Source of the DNA: Podarcis vaucheri
Lineage: Eukaryota
NCBI GenBank assembly: GCA_965113315.1
Contig: OZ220376.1
DNA length: 64,000 nt
Direction: 5' to 3' (one strand)
Shown: in pieces, positions 1-12,652 of the stretch
Position numbering within the stretch: position 1 is the stretch's first letter
Layout: every line of letters starts with the position of its first letter
Position numbers and translations under genes: made by a program
Notes under the pieces: generated by a model
The model's input: the letters and a program-made list of their open reading frames with translations, nothing else
Told to the model about the DNA's origin: nothing
Databases searched by the model: none

Positions 1-1879
1 GGCCTGGGGCATTTCCAAGTGGCCTTTTTATCTGCTCTGATTTGTTTTCGGGGAAGAATAGAAAACAATGGCTTTATAGCAAGCACGCATCCTGATTTGT
101 TTGCACAGAGATTAGATGACATTGCATCAATGAAGGTGTTGCCCCAAACTTTCTGGTAACTTTCCTTATCGCAAAAAAAATCCAGTCTTTGGAGGGAAGC
201 AAATTCATTGTGCAAGACCTCCCATTCAGCTGTAATTGTGCAACCTGAAGTTGCTGGTATGTGATTGAATCTTGCTTGAAAATTGGGACTGTCTTGAAGT
301 GCCCCTTGTTGCTTTCTAGCTGCTAAGGGAAGATTTTGTGTGTGTGTTCTTCAGATTTTGGACTGCAGCTTCAAACTTTGGACTGCAACTCCCATCATCC
401 CTAGCAAGCAGGAACAGTGGTCAGGGATGATAGGAATTGTAGTCCCAAAACAGAGTGAGGAAAAGTTGGAAGTGAGATGCTGTGTTCTGGTCCTTAGGCA
501 CCATCTCCTAGGGGCCATGGGGGGCTTCGGCCCCCACAATAAAGTATTTGAGGGGGCTGGGCCTTTGGGGGTGAAGTCAGACTGTTCGAAGGTTACAGAG
601 CCTGCTGTGGTTGTGGAGACCGATGCAGGAGAGACATGTTTAGTTTCAGCTGGGGCAGACATCCAGTTGTGCTGCTACAGAGGCACTACGGTGTTTCTTC
701 TCTCTGCACTCCTCCCAACCATCATTCCTTCTCTGGTCATTGCTATGGATGCACAACCTGACTGTCTCTCTTGTCTGCAACCACAGGGCGAGGTTGATGT
801 TGCCAACCTTCTTCTCAAATTTGCATACTGTTTAACGGGCCTGATCCCTGAAGCTGGCTCCCCGTAGATCACATCCTTGCGGAACATCTCTTTAGTTTTT
901 AAAGGAATTTTTAAAAAATCTAACTAACTGGGGTTTAAGTGAGGAGGGATATTCAGCTCCTTAGAGCACAGGTGAGGCACTCTCTGGAGCCAGGTCTTGA
1001 GACTCTCATCAGACCATATTCCTTACCAGCCCTCTGCCTACTTTTGCTTCTGGTCCATGATGCCCAGTTGTCCATATGGGAATGTGTCACTCAGGTTGGA
1101 AAAACCAGCCCTGCTTTAAGAGGAAAGGCAGGAAGGATGCAAATGTCAAGAACATCGTAGAATCCCAGCCCTAAAATCTTCCAGGTGCCCCCCCCCCCGC
1201 CTCCGAAAAAGATTCTCTCCTCTCTGCACCCTGCAACCTCTGCTCCATTACACAATAAAAATCACCATGTAAGGAATGTTGGCTCTGTTTTCACCCCCTC
1301 CTCTACTTTCACGCCTCTCCCTCTGCTCTTGAAATCTGAAATCTGATTCCTTTGCACGTGGTGGTAACTTTATTGGCCTGTATTGAGTCCTCCTTTTCTT
1401 TTTCACCCAAAAGATTTTGCAGATTTCATTGTCTCTCTTCCTTCAGCCAACCCCTTAGCTAGGGTCTCTGGGGGTCTTCCCACCCTTCCCCCAGTCCCTT
1501 CCCCCCCCTTCAAATCAGTTTTATGGGACCCTTTCCCCCTGCTCCCTGATTTTTTTGTCATGCAAACAAGCCTGTGATAATCGCCCTATTCTTTGGCAAA
1601 GGTCTTCAGCTCAATGATTAGCAGTTCAAAGGCTCAGAAGCTTAATGGCCTGTCAGGGCCGGCCCACAAACCCCATTCATTCCTGCTCTGGTCATTGGCA
1701 GGACCGGCCTGCCTCCTGTGGGTCCCTTTCAGCCCTGCCATGCCTATGGAGGGGCGCTGTTGAAAGCAGGCATCAATCACGCCTCCACCAGGACAGGAGG
1801 GCTGGGGCAAGGGAGGCTCCGGGCAATGGGATAAAGTGCCTAGAGAAGAGGTTGTCTCCCTCTCATATAATACGCAGCA

Positions 1880-2165
1880 GTTGGAATAGCTCAGTCAGTA
1901 GAGCATGAGGCTCTTAACCACAGGGTTGTGAGTTTGAGCCCCATCTTGGGCAAAAGATTCCTGCATTGCAGGGAGTTGGACTAGATCAGGCATCTCCAAC
2001 CTTCGGCCCTCCAGATGTTTTGGACTACAATTCCCATCATCCCTGACCACTGGTCCCGTTAGCTAGGGATCATGGGAGTTGTAGGCCAAAACATCTGGAG
2101 GGCCGCAAGTTGGGGATACCTGGACTAGATGACTTTTGGGCTCCCTTCCAATTCTATGAATTCTT
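1880..2165 (+). mobile_element. tRNA-Lys-derived SINE interrupted by a hAT MITE
   Basis: Head resembles tRNA-Lys(CTT), followed by a CR1-like tail; related copies at about 2706-2848 and 57895-58010. Confidence 0.75.
1987..2122. mobile_element. hAT-type MITE
   Basis: TIRs CAGGCATCTCCAAC/GTTGGGGATACCTG, palindromic body, perfect 8-bp TSD GACTAGAT. Confidence 0.88.
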
Positions 2166-2471
2166 TAGGTGAAGCCATGGCTGCTTAAAAGGCTGCTTTA
2201 AATGTATGGTGTGGGTGGCCTGATGTTCTCTGCCTTTTTATGCCTTGCATCCTGTTCTCACAGCCTCTGGGTGCAACAGCTCCTCTCCCCACTTGTGATT
2301 CTCAGCAACTGGTATTCACACCCCCAAACCTGGAAAAAATATGTGCCAACCTTGGAGCTGATGTATGTATTTTGGACCAACTAATGCATTATGGCAGATA
2401 GACTAAAGTTCACTTCATTGGCAGATTAGCACATGGGTTTATCTTGCACAGGGCAAGCAGTGAAGTTAGAG

Positions 2472-2593
2472 CAGTGATGGCCAAACTTGGCCCTCCAGCT
2501 GTTTGGGGACTACAACTCCCACCATCCTGTTAGCTAGGGGTGATGGGAGTTGTAGTCCCAAAACAGCTGGAGGGCCAAGTTCTTCCATCACTG
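2472..2593. mobile_element. hAT-type MITE (same family)
   Basis: CAGTGATGG...CCATCACTG TIRs, same GGACTACAA-CTCCCA core, degenerate 8-bp TSD. Confidence 0.8.
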
Positions 2594-3489
2594 GGTTAGA
2601 AGGAAATGAAATGCAAAAGCAATGTGCAGACTAAAGCTTAGAGCTCCCTTCTCCGACCTGCTGCACATCGGATGTTTTGGACTACGACTCCCCCAAGCAT
2701 CAGGCAGCATAGTTCCATCGGCAGAGCATGAGACCCTTAACCACAGGGTTGTGGGTTCAAGCCCCACGGGTGAAAGATTCCTGCCTTGCGGGGGGTTGGA
2801 GTAGATGATCCTTATGGTCCCCTCCAACTCTACAATTATGTGATTCTATCTGTGGGGCACCAGATTGGGGAAGCCTATCTTCGATGTGTGTAATGGTTAC
2901 GTGGCCGTTTGAAAAGCAAACACAAACATCCCGGGATTAAAGCCTGCAGCAACATCCTGCATTTATTTATCCTCTGTGCCCGTGCGGACTCAAACCGTAC
3001 ACACAGCCAGATAATACTGGATTTGCTTTTGCGCAGGGCAGCCTCTCGTTTCGCTCACCCGCCCCCCCACTGCACCCCCAGGTCCTGTGGTTCAGTTTTT
3101 CCTTCTCCCTGAGCATTTGGAGCCAGCGAGGCCCGCTCCTGTGCTAAGTCATCCGCAGCCGAAACGCAGATGTATTGTGAGTCGATGGAAAATGGATTAT
3201 GTGAAATTGAACAAACAGGGTTTTCTTGGCTTTGGATCAAATCCGTTTGTCCAGAGCTGCGCCAATGCTGCTGGCTGTACGGAGCGTGTTGCCCTGAGGG
3301 TGGGTGGAAAGGAGGGGAGGAGATGGAGTTACGGCAAGCAGGCATTGGCTCTGTCTTGGCTCTCCCAGATTCCAGATGGGAGACTGGAGGAGCGGTGGGA
3401 AGACAAGGAAGACAGGATCCCCACAATCTAGACTGCACTGATTCACTAGCCATGATGGCTCTGCTCTGCCTGCACAGCCAGAGACAGTA

Positions 3490-3736
3490 CAGTGGTACCT
3501 CAGGTTACAGACGCTTCAGGTTACAGACGCTTCAGGCTACAGACGCTTCAGGTTACAGACTCTGCAAACCCAGAAATAGTACCTTGGATTAAGAACTTTG
3601 CTTCGGGATGAGAACAGAAATCGCACGACGGCAGTAGGAGGCCCCATTAGCTAAAGTGGTACCTCAGGTTAAGAACAGTTTCAGGTTAAGAATGGACCTC
3701 CAGGATGAATTAAGTTCTTAACCCGAGGTACCACTA
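3490..3736. mobile_element. Tc1/mariner-type MITE
   Basis: TA-flanked CAGTGGTACCTC...GAGGTACCACT TIRs; internal 16-bp tandem CAGGTTACAGACGCTT. Confidence 0.82.
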
Positions 3737-5645
3737 TAAATGCTTCTGAATGTTGCTGGAAGCCACAGGCAGGGAGAGTGCTCTGGTCCTGCTTGTGTGG
3801 TTCCCACAGGCATAATGATTGGCCACAGTGAGAACAGGATGCTACACTAGATAGGCCATTGGCCTGATCCATCAGGGTTCTTGACTCAGAGCAATTGGGG
3901 GCAGCTGCAGTGGCCAGTGTTAGAAACTCAGATATTTAAGCCAGGCGCCAAATAGTTCCTTCAACCAAGGTTACAGTCACCCAAACTGAATGTCTAGTTG
4001 CCATTTTGGGGCAAGGCTGCCCGAAAGCCTTGCTTTTCAAACGATGGACTGACTGTGGTTGATTCTGTTCAGATGGCATGGTTGAGCTAGGTTAAGAACG
4101 TTGAGAACGTAAAAGAAGAAAAGTCACTTGATCCAGGGACAGTCCATATCTATATAGGCCTATCCCTACCTCTTTCTTAATGGTGACATGGACCATTCAT
4201 AAAATATAATAATATTTTTCACAGCTGTGAGCAGGGCAGGTGGGTAAGTGAAGACATGTGACAATAATTCACCATAACATTGTTCACTGGTCCTGCTCAG
4301 GCTGCACAGAAAAAGCATTTGGGTTCCTGAAATTCATTCTGACTGTGCAGATAAAATACAACTGATAGAATGCAACAGGATGTGGTATTCATGATCCCCA
4401 GGCATTCACTGCTAGATGGGGGAGATGTCAGGCATCGAGAGGTTAAGGGAATGGTTTGTGGAGACTCCCAAGGGTCGGCCTGGGAGGAGGTAGTTACGTC
4501 ACAAGGCTGAAGTTCCTCACTCCTACAGTAATCCTTACAACAATCCTTGGACTGTAAGCTGGTTGGGGCAGGGGCCTCCCCTTTTATACTATGTATGTCC
4601 TACACAGGTCCTTAAATTCTGCTTCAAGGATGATTGAGATAATGTGAACTGTGTGCTTTGTACACCTACAATCCTGCCCAGCTGGGGATTTCAGAGCAGA
4701 GAATTCTGGATTTGCACCTCAGGCTCTCGGCTAAGATAAATATCACCACCTCTCACACCACTATCCAGTCTGGATTTCCCTTGTGGTATTGTGGGGTGTC
4801 AGCATAGTTGCTGTAATAGATTTCTCCTCTTCTTTTTTGTGCTACCCATTCCACATGTCTCCCTCCCTCTGCACACACAGCAAATTGAGGGATCTTGACT
4901 CCTCTGCACCAGCGGGCCAAGGGGGTTGAGTCACGCTGGTGTTTTGCAATCTGAAGGCATTGGCACTGAGCAGAGGTGCTGAAGGCGGCCCTTTGTCAAC
5001 CAATTAGGGTGGCCAACCAGCTGCAGCAGAGCTTGAGTGGCCCAGCGATGCTCAGTTCTCAGTAAAAGCCTTTATCTCCTTCAAGCAGGAGGGAGGAGAT
5101 GAGTGAGGAGGGGCTGCTTCTGGCTCTCAGATCAGGTGCATTAATGAGAGTTTGTTCAGATGGGGGGGCGGGTTTGATGACACAGACCCGTCCAATATCC
5201 TGGAGAGCCATTGCTGGTCAATGTAGACCCAGAACTGAACTAGCTGGACCAATGACCTGATTCAGTATTTTAGACAGCTCCTGATGCTCCAGGGAGAAGG
5301 TTCTCTTGATGAGGAAAGAGCACACAGGACTGACTCCTGGAATTTATAGCAGGCTTGGCAGCTTCATGCTGCCTGTCAGTCACCAGAGAAGATGCCGCTA
5401 TTCCCTTCTACAGCTGAAGGGGCTACTTCCAAGATGACCTTCTTATTGAGTCCTCATCCTGGTTCGTAGGGAGATTAGATGACATTGGCTGTTCAGTGAG
5501 CACACATTCTGATCTGCTTGTGGAGAGGTTAGACAACTTTGCATCAAAGCAAGGGTCACCCCGAACTTTTCCAATGCATTGTCCCATTGCTTTTTCTTAT
5601 TCCACACTTTTCGGAGCATTCCCCTGTCAGTGTCCAATATGCAAA

Positions 5646-5647
<2 letters not shown>

Positions 5648-5685
<38 letters not shown>
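5648..5685. repeat. (GT)n microsatellite
   Basis: Read directly. Confidence 0.95.
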
Positions 5686-5687
<2 letters not shown>

Positions 5688-5830
5688 AAAGAGGATTTGT
5701 TGTGTTAGGTTGACACAAGTGCTTCAATTCACTTTAAAAGCACAAACCTAAAGTTCTAGTCTGCATTTGAATCTGTCCTGCAAAATAGTGACAGTCTGAG
5801 AGGTTGGGGGAAAGTATGGCTTTTGCATTT

Positions 5831-5834
<4 letters not shown>

Positions 5835-5869
<35 letters not shown>
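5835..5869. repeat. (CT)n microsatellite
   Basis: Read directly. Confidence 0.95.
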
Positions 5870-5870
<1 letters not shown>

Positions 5871-6119
5871 ATACACACACGTCTTATTGAAAGTTTATGT
5901 ATGACACCTGGCTTTGGAAATTTGGCCTTATATGGAGTCGTGTATGTGAAACAACACATCGAGCTGTTTTCTCCAGAACTTAAAACTACATAAAACCTTT
6001 AGGAAAACATCTCCCCCTACCGGCCTTGAACAGTTTCTTCCCTCTCTTTCCCCCATATAATACTTCTCAAAATCTCTCCGTGTTTTAAAGGTGTCTGCCT
6101 TGTTTCCTTTCCCCCACAG

Positions 6120-6631
6120 TGACGTCTCAGTGCAAAATCATGAAGTGCAATTCTGAGTTCTTGGCGGCCACGTCGGGGCCCCACCACGTGGGGGCAGAAG
6201 ACACCCCTGAGTTCTGCACGGCCCTCCGGGCCTACGCTCACTGCACTCACCGCACCGCCCGCACCTGCCGCGGAGACCTGGCTTACCACTCCGCCGTCCA
6301 CGGCATCGACGACCTGATGGCCCAGCACAACTGCTCCAAAGACGGCCCCACTTCCCAGCCGCGGGTCCGCCCTCTGCCCCGAGGCGACAGCCAGGAGCGC
6401 TCAGACAGCCCGGAAATCTGCCATTATGAGAAGAGCTTCCACAAACACTCTCCTCCTCCCAACTACACGCACTGTGGGCTGTTTGGAGACCCCCACCTGA
6501 GGACTTTTTCTGACAGTTTCCAGACTTGCATAGTCCAAGGGGCGTGGCCGCTCATCAACAACAACTACCTGAATGTGCAGGTCACCAACACACCTGTCTT
6601 ACCCGGTTCCACGGCAACAGCTACTAGCAAG
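6120..6631 (+). CDS. RGMA: Repulsive guidance molecule A, penultimate coding exon
   Basis: Acceptor ttcccccacag|, donor AAG|gtaaag. Translates [10 protein letters not shown]...[11 protein letters not shown]...[12 protein letters not shown]...ATATSK, with the RGM-family RGD and GDPH autocleavage motifs. Confidence 0.97.
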
Positions 6632-6943
6632 GTAAAGGCATGACTTATTCGGTGCCTATTATTTCAAGATGGCCACTTCTGTGTCTCACATAGCTGAATA
6701 AAGTAGGCACATCTCTAGGTCCACATTCACACCCTGTGTTTGAAATTTCCCCATTTGCATTTTTTTGCAACTGGCATGGGTCCAGAAGAGCTTATTTCTT
6801 TCATTGATATCCCACCTTTTTCTCCAAGGAGTACATGGTTTACCCCCTCCCCAGTTAATCCCTACAATAGCCCTATGAGGTAGGCTAAGAGGCTGTGACT
6901 GACCCAAGGTCACCCAGTGAGCTTCCTTACTGAGTGGGGATTT

Positions 6944-7201
6944 CGTTATGTACTGGAGTTCTCACCCTGGACCAGCAGGGGGATACTGTAGGTAGTTCAG
7001 GTCCACATATGCAAATAAGGGATCGAAAGTGACGTTCAGTGATTGAATAGTTACAGAAAGTTGTTACAGTTATGTTGTACTGGAGCTCTATATAAGCAGG
7101 CTGGCTGAACCCTTCAATTCAGTTCTGTTCTGACCTGTGAATAAACAAGAGCTGTTTGGAGAATCGCTGTGTCATTTGATATGTTCACCCACAACTTAAC
7201 A
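6944..7201 (+). mobile_element. Solo LTR (258 bp)
   Basis: Ends (C)GTTA...TAACA, 5-bp TSD GATTT, TATATAA 7089-7095, AATAAA 7140-7145; splits an older SINE. Confidence 0.8.
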
Positions 7202-7931
7202 GATTTGAACCCTGATCTCCCACATCCTAGTCCTAACCACCACACCACACTGGCTTCCTAGAGTACTTCTGCTAACTCTATAAATTAAGCAGGTAAAAAA
7301 ATACAGGGAAAGCAAAATGTCACTTAGAGAAGGATCCAAAACATTTCCCTTGAATTTGATTTATTCTGGATTGTTGTATTCAATATATTCAATATATTGT
7401 AAACCACTTAGAGATTTTTCCCCCCAAACATAAAGCAGATTAGATATGAAATGAATAATAATAGTAATTTTTAAAAATTCTGCAGGGGGGAAAATGGTTC
7501 CTAGGCATTCCATTGTGCAACCTAGATTTAAGGTGCCATTTGGCGATTAGCTTATGTATCTGAGTTTCTAACGCTGGTCACACCATGTATTTAAAGCACT
7601 GGGATATCACTTTATCCCTGCAAGGGATTCTGGGAGCTGTGGTTTGCTAAGGGTGCTGAGAGCTGTCCTCTCCCCTCCCCCGCCGAGCTACAATTCCTAG
7701 AGTGGTTTAACAATAATTCCCCTTTCCCCAGGGAGTTTTGGGACTACAGGTCCATCATCCCCAGCCATTGGCCATGCTGGCTGGGACTGGGAGGCAAGTT
7801 AGCTAGCCCTCCACTGAAGGGACAGACGTATATGAGTGGCTATGGTTGGATCAATGAGCTCTTACCAGTCTCAGTAACTCTCTCTTTTCATACCATCTCT
7901 CCCCACCCTCCAACCTTTCTTCCCTATTTAG

Positions 7932-8642
7932 CTCACCATAATTTTCAAGAGCTTCCAAGAATGCGTGGAGCAGAAAGTCTACCAGGCCGAAACGGATGAA
8001 CTCCCAGCGGCCTTTGCCGATGGCTCCAAGAACGGGGGCGACAAGCATGGCGCCAACAGCCTGAAGATCACTGAGAAGGTGTCCGGCCAACACATTGAGA
8101 TCCAGGCCAAGTATATTGGCACTACCATTGTGGTGAGGCAGGTGGGCCGCTACCTCACATTTGCTGTGAGGATGCCCGAAGAGGTGGTGAAAGCAGTTGA
8201 AGATGGAGACAACCAGGGCCTCTACCTCTGTCTCTGGGGTTGCCCACTCAACCAGCAGATAGACTTCCAGGCCTTCCGTTCGACCGCGCAGACCACAGAG
8301 AACCGGGCTCGCCAGAAAGGGGCCAGCTCTCCGTCTCCGCCAGAGCATTTCACCTATGAGACAGCCACAGCAAAGTGCCGGGAGAAGCTTCCGGTGGAGG
8401 ACTTATACTTCCAGTCCTGTGTCTTCGACCTCTTGACGACGGGCGACGTCAACTTTACTCTTGCTGCTTACTATGCTTTTGAAGACGTCAAAATGCTGCA
8501 CTCCAACAAAGACAAATTGCACCTCTATGAACGGACACGAGACTTGGAGACAGGCAATACGGCCCCCTTGGAGCCTCCCACGCTTCTCCTTTTTCTGGGG
8601 GTGTTGGCATGCTTGAGCCAGTGGACAGCTGTTTTCCTATAG
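7932..8642 (+). CDS. RGMA: Repulsive guidance molecule A, last coding exon
   Basis: Acceptor ccctatttag|CTC in phase 0. [20 protein letters not shown]...[13 protein letters not shown]...hydrophobic GPI-signal-like tail [22 protein letters not shown] at 8640-8642. Confidence 0.97.
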   Translation, partial: LTIIFKSFQECVEQKVYQAETDELPAAFADGSKNGGDKHGANSLKITEKVSGQHIEIQAKYIGTTIVVRQVGRYLTFAVRMPEEVVKAVEDGDNQGLYLCLWGCPLNQQIDFQAFRSTAQTTENRARQKGASSPSPPEHFTYETATAKCREKLPVEDLYFQSCVFDLLTTGDVNFTLAAYYAFEDVKMLHSNKDKLHLYERTRDLETGNTAPLEPPTLLLFLGVLACLSQWTAVFL

Positions 8643-9088
8643 GCCGTCATCTGTGGCAGACCTCCCTAGTCAGGAAAAACAAGAGAACAATTGTACTGGG
8701 TAACTAAGAGGCTGAGCCAGCTGAGAGCGAACAGTTTTAGTGACTGCTTTTTCTCCAGGGGGGAAAACCTCCAGAAAAAGCAATTGATCGAATAGGATTG
8801 AACCTTCTTTCCAAGTGAAGGCCTCCTTTCATGTTAAAGAGTTCTGAACTTGTGGTTGACCCCTGTTCTTGTTCCCTTCCTCCTCTGATAGGAAAGGATA
8901 ATGGGAGGCTTCTCACTGTCCCCCCACCCCGATCCCTCCATGTTTGCTGTACTACAAATGGTTGTGGTGGTTGTGACATTGGCGTTTGTGTAAAAGTCAA
9001 AGTAGGCTGCTTCTTTTTTTTAGACAGGCAGTGGCAAGTTGCCAGTTCCAGAAATGAACTGCAGGATCATGACTGAACAGAGGTGAAA

Positions 9089-9089
<1 letters not shown>

Positions 9090-9121
<32 letters not shown>
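9090..9121. repeat. (AGAA)n microsatellite
   Basis: Read directly. Confidence 0.9.
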
Positions 9122-9122
<1 letters not shown>

Positions 9123-12100
9123 CCGTTCAAAGGGTTATATGCGAGCAGAGCTTAGTCAGGCAATGGCAGCAGAAGCGTCGTGTTCTCTCCTCCACAGCTG
9201 GCTTCTAGTTCAATGTACCTGCTTTTCCCGGGGTGTGCCGAACGCTCTTGGCAAACTGGCTCTCGCGTGCTCACACCCTCACACATGTGAGACTTGCCAT
9301 TGCACGTGCAAACAGCTGTGGGTGCACACCCAGTTTCTGTGATCTTGTTTGTGTGCAGCTGCTGGCAGCTGCCTTTGCACAGGTGGGTGGGGAAAAGGAT
9401 GAGCATTAGGCCTTCGCCTCCTCTGGCCCCAGAGGGACGGTGTACAGGAGACCCAAGGAACGTGCTTCTTCCCGCCTTCTCAGCATCCAGCAATGGGGGT
9501 ACCCTAAGGGGATGGTAGTCCCTTTTAACGGAAAGAACAGAATTCCAATAGGGAAGGCATTGTTTTTCTTCAAGGATTGCTGTCTGTTTGCTAATTCCTC
9601 TTTCCTCCTATCCTCCTCTGGTGCTTTCAGAGGGGTAAAACAAGGCCAGTATTTCGGTGGCCCAAAGTGCCACTTCCTTTTTGGTACAACCAAGGCTACC
9701 GTGGTGTCCAAGAAATGGGCATCAAGAACTTGCTTCCTTTCAAAGTCCTTTGCTTAGGTGACCCAAAATCCTCCTTGGGGTTTTTGTGCTGTAGAGAGAA
9801 CAAATCACACCAAGCCATCGGGAGACCTGGGGAGACGCTTCAGAGTTCCAAAAAGGCTTGCTTGTTTTCCCTACACTCCAGTTTGATTCCCAAGCATATG
9901 TTTGAAGGTTGCAGTTGCCCCCTGAAATCCTCTTTTATGCATGAAGCACAGGTGTGGTGATCAGATGATCCATCCTTCCTGCTGAAGAGAAGCCCTCTGA
10001 GGAGGCTACCTGCTGGATCTCTGCATTCCTGCTCTGGGTTTGCAGAAATTCAGGAAGTAGATTCCTTAGAAAATGGGTAAAGTCTTACCGTTGCTCACTT
10101 TAAACTAGTGCTGTGCTGATACCAGTCCTCCAGTTTGCTTTCTTTGTTTTCTTCCCCTACTATAAGTGCTTCAGTTTTTATACCTCATTCTCAGGGTGCT
10201 TCAGTAGTGCATGTGTGCAAGGTTTGGGACTTATGGTTGCAAAGTGGCCAAGAGTAGTCTTTGTTTTATTTCCAGTAATATTCTCCAGCCTTTATGCAGC
10301 CTCCCCAGCTGCCTGGGCTTCCTGATCTGAAAAAAAGCCCAAGGGAGGAGTTGCCTCTTGATGTCTTCCCCTGGGCTTTGATTGACATGCAGGCACCCAG
10401 GAAGGCTGCAGAGCACAGACCACCAGTGAGATGATTTGTGGAATGAAAGAAAGGTCACTCACAAGCACCCTTAACCATCTCCAAAATAGGGGAAGCCCAA
10501 CAAAAAACCCTGCACCCAACTCGTGAGAATTTAATCAGAAGTATTTCTTCCCTGTGATAATTTTTGATTTCCCCCCCCCTTTCTCATTAATTGGTAGAAA
10601 AGGGTCAAATAAAATGCAGTAATGTTTTTTTTTCCAGCACAGCACTATTCAAAATATTGACCTTTTCAGGTTTGAGAGCAAACCATACCTATATTTTAAT
10701 TTTTTTGTGGGTGGTGGCAGGGGAAGTAAGCCTCAATATTTTGGAAAAGTCTTAATCAGTTTGGCGTGCCTGTTCTCCTTTGCGTCTCATCACCTTGTCT
10801 TCCTGCATAGAAGCTTCCAAGCCAGGGAGTGTCTAGGAAAACTCTTACTGACCCTGGATAGAGATTTCAGGCAAATGGCATCTTCAGCTTGGATCCCCTG
10901 GCCCCTCATTCTCTTTGGCAACTCACCGTGTGACATTTCAAGCCTCTTCCACTTTTCCCATCCTCACATAGGGCCACATTGTACGTGTCAAACGCAATCT
11001 GTGCACCAGCCGTGCCAGTTTTGTGGTGGAAATTCCCAGATGTGTCCAGCCAGCAGGTCAACCACGGAAGACAAGCTTGAGGTGCTCCTTGGACCATCCC
11101 AAAGCCCAGAAGATGCACACCCATAAAACACAGCCATTGACATTGCTCCACAGTGACTGCACACCTGTATATTTCATTATTTGTACACGCAGTGACTTGC
11201 ATATATGCAAAATGTCACATGTGGCAACCTTTGTGTGGGTGTTGTGCTGTTTCCTATACAGAAGCTTTTTCTCTGTGGGAAAGAGATGGAGCTCATAACC
11301 CCAAGTTTTTTCATTTGTTTGCTGCATCATCTCCTCTGCCCCAAGGAGACCCTTGTAGTGGACCAGAGGACTAAGCTATCAAAGAGCAGCATCTTTGAGG
11401 AACCAGCTCACATGGAAGGTGCTACCCCCATAATACTCTGAGATCGATTGAAATTTGCCCGGCAGTCAAACTTCCACCAACCAGCATCTCTGCCACCCAC
11501 ACTGAAAAAGCAGCAGAGGAACACAATTTAGTAGCCATTTGATGTATAGGATTGTGTCTTCTAATATATAGAGTGCCCTCACATTGGTGACTGTACAGGG
11601 GTCTAGTTTTCTTTTCCTTCCTGAACGGTTTAAAGAAAAATACATGTTGACTGTTTCATTCTATGGTTTGTTCACTGATGGCCCTTTCCTCCTCCTTTCA
11701 TCATTGATCTTGAAATTGGGAGCTCTCAACTTGAGCTGTGAAGTGTGCAAACTCGGGAGTCATATGGAATTAACGAGGAGATTGGGAGATGCTGAGGCTG
11801 AAAACTGGGACTTGGCCTTCATGTACTCTAGAAGCGCTCACTGTAGCCAGAGGGGCTACAAAGTATTTCTCCTCCAGATGTTGCTGGACTTCAAGTCCCA
11901 TCAGCCTGCAAGCCAGTATGGTCAACTGTCAGGGCTAATGGGAGTTGGAGTCCCAACAATCTCTGGAGGGCCACAGCTTCTCTGTCCTTGGTGTGCAAGT
12001 TGAGCTCACCACCTTGGCGGTTCATTCTAATCCACCGGCAACTCGCAACAGCTAATGCTGCTTGTGTTTCAAAATTGTGGGTGCTACTCAGAGTAGACTC

Positions 12101-12256
12101 AATGAAATTCATAGACCAAAGTTGGCCATGTCCATTAATTTCAGCAGGCATACTCTGAATAGGAGCAATATTGGAGACAAGGCTCATAAGCTTCATTTCG
12201 CCATATTTAGTTTAAAATTGTCTTCCTTGGAAAAATGGAGGCCACGTTCACAGCAC

Positions 12257-12554
12257 ACATTTAAAGCACTGTGGTGACCATGTTAAAAAAGTTGTGGCTT
12301 CCCCCAGAGAATCCTGGAAGCCATATTTTGTTAAGGGTTCTCAGAGTTGTTAGGAGACCTCAACACACATTCCCTCACAGAGCTACAATTCCCAGAGTTC
12401 CTGGGAAGAGGGATTGATTGGTTTAACAATTTGAGAATGGTAGCTCTGGTAGGGAATTAGGGTGTCTCCTCACACCTCTTAACAGACCACAGCTCCCCAA
12501 ATTCTTGGGGTTAAGCCATGACTGACCAAAGTGGTACCATAGTGCTTTAAATGT
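12257..12554. mobile_element. Inverted-repeat (MITE-like) element
   Basis: ACATTTAAAGCACT...AGTGCTTTAAATGT ends; related copies near 7590-7745, 30600-30745 and 45257-45545. Confidence 0.65.
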
Positions 12555-12609
12555 ATGTGGCTTTTGTAAGGTCTTCAAATTAGGTAGTGATGGCCCTTCT
12601 TCATAGCCG

Positions 12610-12652
12610 CTCCTCCTCCTCCTCCTCCTCCTCCTCCTCCTCCTCCTCCTCC
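12610..12652. repeat. (CTC)n microsatellite
   Basis: Read directly. Confidence 0.95.

Noticed and set aside
340-867. 175-aa ORF as an RGMA upstream exon
   Set aside because: Made of MITE and LINE remnants, with no RGMA-like peptide; the upstream RGMA exons appear to lie before the window.
1880-1952. tRNA-Lys(CTT) gene
   Set aside because: Acceptor stem and T arm are degenerate, there is no oligo-T terminator, and it runs into a SINE body found in several copies.
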